A program made the translations under genes and the position numbers. The notes beneath the pieces are model-generated. The model ran no database searches and had not been told where the DNA came from. It worked only from the letters and a program-made list of their open reading frames with translations. From an uncultured virus (IMG/VR IMGVR_UViG_3300032322_001263) (Duplodnaviria; Heunggongvirae; Uroviricota; Caudoviricetes), in IMG/VR virus record IMGVR_UViG_3300032322_001263: DNA of 20,000 nucleotides, one strand, 5' to 3'. Positions within the stretch are counted from its first letter, which is position 1, and each line of letters starts with the position of its first letter. This document shows positions 7,342-14,849 of this stretch, piece by piece.

Positions 7342-7723
7342 CTTCTACAAGATCACCGAGCGAAGGTAGACGATACTTTGGCCCCTTTAGGACTTTTCCC
7401 TTGTTGTTTCTAATTGGCCTACCATTATCGTCAAGCTTTGACATATTGCTGATAAATACCCTTTGCACAGCTTCATCAAGATCCCACCCCATGTTTTCGG
7501 CTGCTTGATAGCAGACAAAGACGAGATCAGCAAGCTCCTTTAAGGCTTCAGCCTTGCTCTCTGTGCTACTTGTATCAAGCGCAAAAAGAGCTTCAAGTGT
7601 TTCGCCGTACTCCTCTTGAATGAGATGAATCTGAAGATTAAATTGCTGAGATCCCCTTTCTCGATTACTTTCAACTTCAAACGCTTGGCGCCACGCAGCA
7701 GCTTGTGATTGAAGGAGTCCCAT
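7325..7723 (-). CDS. MazG-like / DR2231-type nucleoside triphosphate pyrophosphohydrolase (all-alpha dUTPase-like)
   Basis: IQEEYGE...KELADLVFV...V..SNMSKL...G.P.....GKVLKGP.Y..P.L signature. Confidence 0.88.
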   Translation of the reverse strand: MGLLQSQAAAWRQAFEVESNRERGSQQFNLQIHLIQEEYGETLEALFALDTSSTESKAEALKELADLVFVCYQAAENMGWDLDEAVQRVFISNMSKLDDNGRPIRNNKGKVLKGPKYRLPSLGDLVEDEPKD

Positions 7724-7741
7724 GCTTTGTTAATTGCAGGT

Positions 7742-7771
7742 AAAAAGAAGCCCCATGTTGAATGGGGCTTC
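7742..7771 (-). terminator. Rho-independent terminator after the AbrB-like gene
   Basis: 10-bp stem GAAGCCCCAT/ATGGGGCTTC, 5-nt loop, then TTTTT on the minus strand. Confidence 0.8.
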
Positions 7772-7793
7772 CAGGGCGATAGTAGCAAGACTA

Positions 7794-8351
7794 TCAGAGG
7801 TCCATGTCTTCGCTTTCGGACTGATCCTCATCGGCGCCCTCGGACTCCACGCAGGGCGACAGGATGACCCGGTTGCCTTCCACTGCCACAGACACCTTGG
7901 AACCAGGCTCGTAGCCCGCCTGAGCGGTGTAGCGGACGCCAACGACACAGTTGCCGGTGCCGCCAACGGTGATCGCCTGAGCGCGGTTGCGACGAGGGGC
8001 ATAGACACGCTTGCTGGGGGCGATGGTAATACCACGGGAAGTCTCGGCGACAACCTTATAGTATTCTTGCGTTTGAATGTTGGTTTTCGTTTCGCCAGTT
8101 TCAGTATCAGTGACCTTGGTGAAATAACCAGCACCAAGAGCAAGCTCTTCGGCGGTTTTACCAGCCGTAGCGTTTGTATCGGTGTAAGCAAGAAGCTCTT
8201 CACCCGTCAAGCGAGTACCAGACTCACGGGTTTTAGCAGACCGCTTCCTGGAATCGGTAGCTTCGGCGATAACTTCGGACATGTTCTCGGGGGAATTGGT
8301 TTCGACTGTGGATTCGCTGGCAGTGTCAGCGGTACGGCGTTTGGTTGCCAT
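7794..8351 (-). CDS. Cyanobacterial AbrB-like (cyAbrB) transcriptional regulator
   Basis: LTGEELL...ELALGAGYFT...YY....RGI...ITVGGTGNCVVGVRYTAQAGYEPGSKVSV matches the cyAbrB pattern (LTG..LL...A..CGY...FY....G...V..NG...IG..YT..MG..PGD); likely start ATG 8351. Confidence 0.85.
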   Translation of the reverse strand: MATKRRTADTASESTVETNSPENMSEVIAEATDSRKRSAKTRESGTRLTGEELLAYTDTNATAGKTAEELALGAGYFTKVTDTETGETKTNIQTQEYYKVVAETSRGITIAPSKRVYAPRRNRAQAITVGGTGNCVVGVRYTAQAGYEPGSKVSVAVEGNRVILSPCVESEGADEDQSESEDMDL

Positions 8352-8374
8352 TGGGCTTCCTTGTTGGCCTATAA

Positions 8375-8403
8375 AAGATAACACACCTACGGGCAGCTTG
8401 CAA
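8375..8403 (-). promoter_or_regulatory. Promoter TTGCAA-17-(TG.)TATCTT for the cyAbrB gene
   Basis: 17-bp spacing, extended -10, intergenic; the -35 lies in the palindrome GCTTGCAAGC. Confidence 0.55.
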
Positions 8404-8407
8404 GCGG

Positions 8408-8887
8408 TCAGCCGGGAATCGGTTTGTGTCCAGGCAGCCTGACATCATTTGCCGCCGTAACGGCAACCGCAAGAGCTGCCCAAGCGTGGCTCTTGACTCC
8501 GTAAAGGGGGCCAGGGCTGCCTTTTGTGCCGACAACACCTATCGAGTCGATTAAAGATTGTCGAATGTTTGTATCTTTTGCCTTCGCTGTTCCGCAAACA
8601 AATAGCTTAATGTTGTTCCTATAGATTAGTTCAACTGAAATATTTGGGGCAAAAATGTTAACACGTTCTACAAATTTTCCAATCTCTACACATGTATTAA
8701 ATACGGATGCACCGACAGCCATACCATAGGAAGCAATCATTTCTATTGCTACATAGGTAGATCCATCTATTAATGATTCTTTAATTTTTTCATTTAGTTC
8801 ATGGCCAGAATTTATTACGCGATTACCATCCCATATCACATAGCCAGATTTTTGCGGTCCTGGGTCAATCGCTAGAAGTCTCATCAC
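8408..8887 (-). CDS. RuvC-like Holliday junction resolvase
   Basis: LLAIDPG..SG, VAIE, G...A.D and H...ALAVA motifs of the RNase H-fold phage RuvC-like family. Confidence 0.8.
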   Translation of the reverse strand: MMRLLAIDPGPQKSGYVIWDGNRVINSGHELNEKIKESLIDGSTYVAIEMIASYGMAVGASVFNTCVEIGKFVERVNIFAPNISVELIYRNNIKLFVCGTAKAKDTNIRQSLIDSIGVVGTKGSPGPLYGVKSHAWAALAVAVTAANDVRLPGHKPIPG

Positions 8888-9590
8888 TCGCCTCGGATTC
8901 CCTGTATAGCTCGATAAGCCTAGCGATCAATGCTTTCCTGTGCAAGGCGTCTAGGCGAACATGAAGTCTGTTTGCAATTTGATGAACCTGATGGACTGTT
9001 GGCCTTGCGTAAAGTTCAAGCTTGATTATCTTTACCGACTCTTTTATTCCTTCTTTATCGCAGCATTCTACAACATCTTTGTATTTACGTCCAGGCCCAA
9101 TTTGACAAAGTAGTTCAGGGTTGTGCGTATAAAGACCTTCAGCTAAGTGAAACTGCTTCCACCTCTCGTTTCTATTTTTTGCGTATTTCTTGAATATCGT
9201 AAGCCTTAGCCTTTTGTATTCAAAGTATTCTGCTGGAAAGTTAAATATATCATCTTGGTCCCTGAGCCATTTAATAAACTTAAAAGCATACTGGCTTTGA
9301 GATTTATCCTTTACCGCTGCTTTTGTGCAATTTGCAAGAAACTGGTTGAGGTCTGGACGTTTTACCCCGAGTCCGTAGCTTGAATTGAAAAAGAAATCTT
9401 TTATCCCAGATAGCTTTACCTCTTTATTCCCAAACGTTTTATATCCAAGATATACCTCGTTGCTCATTATTTTACACATAGTCACAAAAAATGGTTCTGA
9501 ATATTGTCCATTGATGATGGCGCCAAGGTGTAGCCTTGCATCGGCTACAAGTCTTGCACCATAAAACTCATCAGTTCTATCATTTAGCAT
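8865..9590 (-). CDS. Hypothetical basic protein (241 aa)
   Basis: Long ORF in operon orientation; no motif recognised. Confidence 0.75.
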   Translation of the reverse strand: MLNDRTDEFYGARLVADARLHLGAIINGQYSEPFFVTMCKIMSNEVYLGYKTFGNKEVKLSGIKDFFFNSSYGLGVKRPDLNQFLANCTKAAVKDKSQSQYAFKFIKWLRDQDDIFNFPAEYFEYKRLRLTIFKKYAKNRNERWKQFHLAEGLYTHNPELLCQIGPGRKYKDVVECCDKEGIKESVKIIKLELYARPTVHQVHQIANRLHVRLDALHRKALIARLIELYRESEASDETSSD

Positions 9591-9615
9591 TACTTGCCTT
9601 CGGCTTGCTTAGCTA

Positions 9616-9654
9616 AGGATACAAGAAAGCCACCCATTTTACAAGGCGGCTTTC
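9616..9654 (-). terminator. Terminator-like hairpin overlapping a possible promoter (TTGTAA-17-TATCCT)
   Basis: GAAAGCCGCC/GGTGGCTTTC stem whose G-U pair works only on the minus strand; -35 at 9644-9639, -10 at 9621-9616. Confidence 0.55.
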
Positions 9655-9878
9655 AGGTCTTGGACTCACAGGATGCCTTGACGAAGCCCACTGTCTGCGG
9701 AGACAGACTGGAACCACTTCGCTCCCTGATAAGACTCCTGATTCTGGCGTCGTTGAAGGGTAGCAATGTCAGAATTGCCGTTATTGCAGTAGTGCAAATA
9801 CTGCACCTACATCTACCGCATGGCCCGAGCAGTAGCAACGTTGACGCTGGAGAGGCTTCCAGGCCAAGAACTACCTAC

Positions 9879-10262
9879 CTAAAAGGGAATGTCATCATCA
9901 TCTTCAACTTTCTCTGGCTCAGGTCTTGCTGCTGGTTTCGATGCTTGCGAATAGCTCTCTTCACCATCAAGACGCTCAGGGAAGGAGAAATCAGAAACAT
10001 CCATGAAAAAGCTGGAATACTCTGTTCCATCCTTCTTGGTCTTGTTGGTAACAGCTCTTACGCTACCAGTTACGGAAACTTGTCGTCCATCCTGCATGTA
10101 CTTTTCCGCAACCTCAATCTTCTTGCCGTAAAAGTAGCAATTAAAGAAGTGAGACTGCTTGCCGCATTTAACACGGAGACTCAAGGCGCCACGTTTGCCA
10201 TAGTCGTTTTGTTCGACTTTTACTTCTCCTGTGACGTAGCCAGTGATTGCTACAGAAAACAT
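9879..10262 (-). CDS. ssb: Single-stranded DNA-binding protein
   Basis: OB-fold pattern (ITGYV...FFNC.FYGK..E....Y...G.QV.V.G) and acidic DDDDIPF tail. Confidence 0.93.
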   Translation of the reverse strand: MFSVAITGYVTGEVKVEQNDYGKRGALSLRVKCGKQSHFFNCYFYGKKIEVAEKYMQDGRQVSVTGSVRAVTNKTKKDGTEYSSFFMDVSDFSFPERLDGEESYSQASKPAARPEPEKVEDDDDIPF

Positions 10263-11080
10263 GGTTGAATCAATCGTGGGAACTTGGTATCTTGAATAGA
10301 GTAATAAGCTTTCAAGCGTTCGATAAACTCTTGCGCTGCAGCTTTTAACCCTTGCTTAGACAGGACGTGAAGCTGAGGCTCGCGCCAGTCGTAGCAAACG
10401 CATATTACTCCCTGCTCGATCTCATTGTCAAGCTCTCCACGTTTTACGGCGAGATTGTGCATCAGGGCATAGGCGCCAAGTTGAACGAACGCTTCCCTGT
10501 AATGCGACTTGGCTTTAACTTTTTTTCTTTCATTTCCATGCTCGTCCAAGTCCTTGTACGATCTTACACTCTTACAGTCCCATATTGAATATCTTGGCGG
10601 AAGAGTAGTCTTTTGCTTTTTATCTGGTGCAGCAAAAAATAATCTTATATCTGGAGTACCAGCACAACCTAAATGACAAAACAACTCCTGCTCAGTCAAG
10701 AAGTGATCGTGAATTTGATAATCGCCATCAACCTCTGAGCCATTCTGTTTTTTAAGATCCTCAAGCAGTGGAAATAGATAAGCAATATACTCGTGAATAT
10801 TATGTGTGATAATTTCATCCATAGTTGGCGACTCAAGTTTTTTCTTTTCGTCGCTGAAAATATCAACTCCAAAAAAAGACTCTATCTCAGCATGTAACAT
10901 AGTTCCCCTTCGCTGAGAAAATTGCAGTATCTCCTGCCAATCTGGCTCCTTACTTCGCCATATATCAAGTCCTTTTACTCTGTCTGGATGAAAAAGCTCT
11001 AACGTACTGCCAAGCACAGTGCTAACAGATACATATTCGTAGTCATCTTTTTCATAAAACCCGCTGTCAGGGTGTACCAT
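10250..11080 (-). CDS. PD-(D/E)XK exonuclease (phage recombination nuclease)
   Basis: SVSTVLG, RGT..H..IE, E..L, AGTPD, DCKS, QL.AY motifs; lies between ERF and ssb. Confidence 0.88.
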   Translation of the reverse strand: MVHPDSGFYEKDDYEYVSVSTVLGSTLELFHPDRVKGLDIWRSKEPDWQEILQFSQRRGTMLHAEIESFFGVDIFSDEKKKLESPTMDEIITHNIHEYIAYLFPLLEDLKKQNGSEVDGDYQIHDHFLTEQELFCHLGCAGTPDIRLFFAAPDKKQKTTLPPRYSIWDCKSVRSYKDLDEHGNERKKVKAKSHYREAFVQLGAYALMHNLAVKRGELDNEIEQGVICVCYDWREPQLHVLSKQGLKAAAQEFIERLKAYYSIQDTKFPRLIQPCFL

Positions 11081-11089
11081 TTTTATTGC

Positions 11090-11296
11090 TCATGGAATAA
11101 TACATGCAGAGATTTGTAATGCACTTAACAGACACTCACCGTGCTGGCAGGTTCCATCGTAAGTGTGTCCTGTTATTTGTCCGTATCCGTTGCGAAAAGA
11201 TACGTCTTTCAGTGAAATCCAGACACCATCTACAAGAAAGCTTGCAAATGGAACTGGCTTCTGAAATGTACTTTGCAAGGTGTTACCATCAATCAT
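11090..11296 (-). CDS. Small hypothetical protein
   Basis: Likely start ATG 11296 overlaps the ERF stop. Confidence 0.55.
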   Translation of the reverse strand: MIDGNTLQSTFQKPVPFASFLVDGVWISLKDVSFRNGYGQITGHTYDGTCQHGECLLSALQISACIIP

Positions 11297-12086
11297 CACC
11301 AAAAGCCTCATTAGCAGCGTTCTCCAGTTCGTCAATAGAACTCGTTCCACTAATCTTATCCTTTACTGGAGCTTGGATGACTTGCGTTCCTTTACTGTTC
11401 TTGCCTTCGTTGAACATTTTCACATGTTCAGGACCGACAGCCTTCAGTAGTGCCGCAACCTTCAGTGCTGGAATCTCCTCAACGCTGCCCGATTCAGTAA
11501 TTGCAAGAACGGTTTTCATCCCGTACTTAGTAATTCCAAGTTCGGTTAGCTTGGCCACCAGGCCAGCGGCATCGGTAAGTGCAAGAACGGTTTTCATCCC
11601 GTGCTTGGTAATTCCAGATTCTGAGATCAGTTCTTTTTCGACCGACTTTGCAGCTTCTTTCACCACTGGCTTCAAGGCCTTCCCTGCAGCCTGCGGTTCT
11701 TTGTCATCACTACCAAGTACAGCATCAAGTGCATCATGCTCAACAATCTCCATTGCAGTTACCCAAAGGTAACGGCGAAGATAGGTTTGTACTGCGCCAA
11801 GGTTTTGAATTTCGTGAGCACCCTTGAGCGCTGCACTACTCATCGGGCTGCAAATTTCAATCAAGTCATCTGGATCTTCAGAATTAAAAATTGTCAGTGT
11901 TGCCTGCTCCATTCCATAGGAAACGACGCCGCAGATACCAACCTCGGAAAAGATTTCCTGAACTGTAGGCAGGAAGTCTGCAAGTTCAAAGTAGCTGTAT
12001 TGTGCAAACTTGTTTTTACCAGTCTTTGTGAGCTTGCGGGACTGGAGCATGATGCGGGCTTGCATCAGTTTTTGGTGAACAGACAT
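11289..12086 (-). CDS. erf: ERF-family single-strand annealing protein
   Basis: K.GKN.F..Y.YFEL.D.LP and Q..GA..TY.RRY......I...D motifs; likely start ATG 12086. Confidence 0.9.
   Translation of the reverse strand: MSVHQKLMQARIMLQSRKLTKTGKNKFAQYSYFELADFLPTVQEIFSEVGICGVVSYGMEQATLTIFNSEDPDDLIEICSPMSSAALKGAHEIQNLGAVQTYLRRYLWVTAMEIVEHDALDAVLGSDDKEPQAAGKALKPVVKEAAKSVEKELISESGITKHGMKTVLALTDAAGLVAKLTELGITKYGMKTVLAITESGSVEEIPALKVAALLKAVGPEHVKMFNEGKNSKGTQVIQAPVKDKISGTSSIDELENAANEAFGDD
11502..11616. repeat. 37-bp direct repeat with 78-bp period in the erf 3' part
   Basis: 11502-11538 vs 11580-11616, 35/37 identical (GITK[HY]GMKTVLA). Confidence 0.95.
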
Positions 12087-12099
12087 GCCGCGATGGGTG

Positions 12100-12141
12100 T
12101 TGACAAGCTGCAAGGTAGCATGACCTAGCACAAGCTGTCAA
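12100..12141. promoter_or_regulatory. Divergent promoter region: leftward TTGACA-18-(TG.)TACCTT with an opposing TTGACA at 12100
   Basis: TTGACAAGCT...AGCTGTCAA near-inverted pair between divergent genes. Confidence 0.6.
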
Positions 12142-12154
12142 GCCTTTACCTGCA

Positions 12155-12448
12155 ATGCCAACACGCGCCTCAACCTCTCTCAACAGGATCTTGCGAGTGA
12201 CAGTAAATCTCTTGTTTGAAAAAGGTGAAAGTGTTCAAGCGATAGCAAACTTCATGCAAGGCTTCATTGATAGAAGAATGATTCAGGAATGGTATGAGAA
12301 GTATTGCGAGATAAACGGACTCGCAACTGATACAAATTCAGACAACAAGAACATGACCAGGAGGATACCAGTTGCACCTATTGACTTTGAAAAAGTAACC
12401 TTAGATGAACTTGAAAGCAAAAAAGAATGCCACTGGGATGACTTTTAG
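12155..12448 (+). CDS. Hypothetical protein, possibly HTH-like, with a C-terminal HWDDF tail
   Basis: 97-aa ORF divergent from erf; the only credible + strand gene in the leftward block. Confidence 0.7.
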   Translation: MPTRASTSLNRILRVTVNLLFEKGESVQAIANFMQGFIDRRMIQEWYEKYCEINGLATDTNSDNKNMTRRIPVAPIDFEKVTLDELESKKECHWDDF

Positions 12449-12648
12449 AAAGTTTCGCTTCGCCCCAGTTTTGTTTTTTTCTTTTTGCTTTTCTTGATTT
12501 CTTTTTCAATTTCCTTGGGCTTTTGTTTTGGGTTGTTCAAGATATGAATAAAAGCTTCCGCATATCCAGGCGGTTCAAGCTCTGGGTGCAAAGTAAAAAT
12601 TGCAGTCCAATTTGGTAATGGTTTGTGCGGTTGCTGGTTGCCTTGCAT
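12445..12648 (-). CDS. Small hypothetical protein with a Lys-rich tail
   Basis: ATG start, PNW..IF...PELEPPGY segment, basic C-terminus. Confidence 0.6.
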   Translation of the reverse strand: MQGNQQPHKPLPNWTAIFTLHPELEPPGYAEAFIHILNNPKQKPKEIEKEIKKSKKKKTKLGRSETF

Positions 12649-12774
12649 TTACTTTTAGCGATAGCAGCGGATAGGGGTTGAGTCAGGTGGCCAGCAGGAG
12701 GCCCTGGAAGGCCATTGAAACAGTTTGCCGTGGAATGACAGCGGGATAACCCTAGCGGCACCTTCCTGCGGCAG

Positions 12775-13383
12775 TTAGGGGCCTCTCATGTCGCTTTGAT
12801 CTGGGTTGGGGGAGGCGAAGAGAAATCTCTCAAACTCGTAAATGCTATTTAGCTTTTGCCGCATATCTCTTGTAGCCTCAATGATGGTCTTTATCTGCTG
12901 CAGATAATCAATTATATGACGCTTATTTGCTGTTGCATGTTCAATCAGTTCCGTAAGTAAAGAGATCACAGCTTTGACGGTAGTCTTGTTTGCGTAAAAC
13001 TGATTAGCTGTCATTTCGTAAAATATTTCATCATTGGCGACATGGTTAATAAGTTCAATAGCGCTAGAATGTTTTGCCATGAAAATACGAGTTACCTTAA
13101 CGCATTGTCTTCTGTATGCAATCTTATCCTCATACGGTAAAAACTTATAGTCAAAGTCATCTACAAGCGCAAAGCAGTACGAGTTGCCAGCGAATCCAGA
13201 TACCTGAGAACAAAGCGCGTATGTCCTTCGTTCTACTTTAATCCTATCGCCAATCTTTATGTGACCAGGAGGCGAGAATGAATTTCCTGCATAGCAAAGA
13301 ATAAAATCATCATTCCACCTACATTTGTCATCCTTGTCTCTATTGCAGACTGGACATGGAGTACGGCGTGAAGAGTGTTTCAT
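12775..13383 (-). CDS. Protein with an N-terminal primase-type Zn finger and no catalytic primase domain evident
   Basis: SRRTPCPVC..D.D.KC.......LC; immediately downstream of DnaB. Confidence 0.7.
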   Translation of the reverse strand: MKHSSRRTPCPVCNRDKDDKCRWNDDFILCYAGNSFSPPGHIKIGDRIKVERRTYALCSQVSGFAGNSYCFALVDDFDYKFLPYEDKIAYRRQCVKVTRIFMAKHSSAIELINHVANDEIFYEMTANQFYANKTTVKAVISLLTELIEHATANKRHIIDYLQQIKTIIEATRDMRQKLNSIYEFERFLFASPNPDQSDMRGP

Positions 13384-13385
13384 AA

Positions 13386-14831
13386 TTACAGAGTGCTAGC
13401 TGAGTCAAGCATTGCATAATGGGGCGCAGCAAAAATTGCATTACATATTCCTGTCGGTCCTTGTCTGTTTTTTACAATCGCATATTCATAGCTCATTTGG
13501 TCAGCGCCTTTGTCGTAATAGTAAGGCCAGAAGTTCATAATTACAACATCTGCATCTTCTTCAATTCTTCCTGATTCACGAAGGTCGGATAGTTGTGGCC
13601 TTTTGTTGTCTCTCATTTCAACACCACGATTAAGCTGGCAAACTGCAAGAATATCTACACCAGTCTGCAATGCAACAGTTTTTAGGCGCCTAGTTGCTTT
13701 ACCAACTGCAAGTGCCCTATTTTCACTTGAAACTTTCTCAGAGTCAAGATCAAGTAGCGTAAGATAATCAATAACAACAAGACCAAGACTTTTGTTCCTG
13801 CGCTTCTCTGTTTTAATTCTTGAAACAAGCTGATCTGGTGTAACTTCATAAGTGTTAGCGAAGATCATATTGGCTGCAATTGAATCAAGGTCAATGTCGT
13901 TAATTCTTTTCGCATCAGTCTTACTTATTTCTTGTCGAATGATATGCCCGTAAGATAGCGGCACTCTTAGTTCGCTTGGAAGTACATTGTCATTAGCGAT
14001 ACAATTAAGGTAGTCAAGACAGGAAATCATTCTATCGCTAACCTCCTTCTCTGACATTTCAAGTGTATAGTACAAAACCTTTGTATCCTTGCTAGCAACA
14101 TCTAAAGCGAGATTCATTGCCCATGTACTTTTGCCGCTTCCTGGGCGACCCGCAACTACTATAAGCCTTCCTTTATCTGCAGAATCTGGATGACGTATTC
14201 CACCACCAAGGCAATGGTTAAGTCCTGACAACCTTGTTTTGAGTACACGCTTTAATAGCTTTGGGCCTGTCAAGATTTCTCTTGATGCAAGCAACGGATG
14301 TTGCTCTGTTTTTTGAAACCGTTGGCCTTCAAGTAATTCGGCGGCATGTACGATATTTGCAAGAGCAGTTCCTGTTTCTTTTTGGTTGCATGTAGCTTTT
14401 ATTAGCTCCAGTGATTTCTCAAGGTGTTTCTTTACGAGCTTCCTGGAAATCTGTGATGCCCAGATTGGCATAACCTTGAACCTCCACGCATCAATATCAT
14501 TTTCAATTGGGTATCCAGTAATTTCAACTACATAGCTTTCCGCTGTTGCAAGCTCACAGCCAGCAATCTTCTTAAGGCGAGATGAGAATGTAATGTCATT
14601 TATTGGCGCCTGACTAAAATTGGCAAATTCATCATGGAGGCATTTGTATGCACACCTATTAAACATATCGGAAAACATTTCTTCCGATTTAACAAGATCC
14701 ATGAATTCACAGATCCAGTCATTGTTGCCAACGTTAAAAGAAAAGTAATTGTATGCGACAGCAATGAAATGTTTTTCAATTTCAATTGACGTTTCGGCTG
14801 ATTCAAATAAGGCGAGGTCAAGGAGTGTCAT
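13386..14831 (-). CDS. dnaB: DnaB-like replicative helicase
   Basis: AGRPGSGKST (Walker A), TLEMS, VVIDYL, QLNR..E.R..KRP.LSDLRESG.IE.DAD, KNRQGPTG. Confidence 0.97.
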   Translation of the reverse strand: MTLLDLALFESAETSIEIEKHFIAVAYNYFSFNVGNNDWICEFMDLVKSEEMFSDMFNRCAYKCLHDEFANFSQAPINDITFSSRLKKIAGCELATAESYVVEITGYPIENDIDAWRFKVMPIWASQISRKLVKKHLEKSLELIKATCNQKETGTALANIVHAAELLEGQRFQKTEQHPLLASREILTGPKLLKRVLKTRLSGLNHCLGGGIRHPDSADKGRLIVVAGRPGSGKSTWAMNLALDVASKDTKVLYYTLEMSEKEVSDRMISCLDYLNCIANDNVLPSELRVPLSYGHIIRQEISKTDAKRINDIDLDSIAANMIFANTYEVTPDQLVSRIKTEKRRNKSLGLVVIDYLTLLDLDSEKVSSENRALAVGKATRRLKTVALQTGVDILAVCQLNRGVEMRDNKRPQLSDLRESGRIEEDADVVIMNFWPYYYDKGADQMSYEYAIVKNRQGPTGICNAIFAAPHYAMLDSASTL

Positions 14832-14849
14832 GGTTTTGTGTGCTTGTTG

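Noticed and set aside
7734..8381. 215-aa + strand ORF (also 9594..10268, 11104..11772, 4211..4723, 4900..5304)
   Set aside because: Antisense shadows of well-supported minus-strand genes, with no motifs
12466..12530. T-rich low-complexity tract
   Set aside because: Explained by the Lys-rich tail of ORF 12445..12648
12690..12772. tRNA or known riboswitch/ribozyme
   Set aside because: No T-loop (GTTC) or cloverleaf, and no hammerhead, glnA or cobalamin consensus recognised; kept only as an unassigned structure
13386..14831. Intein in DnaB
   Set aside because: Length is normal; only short insertions, with no intein splice or LAGLIDADG motifs
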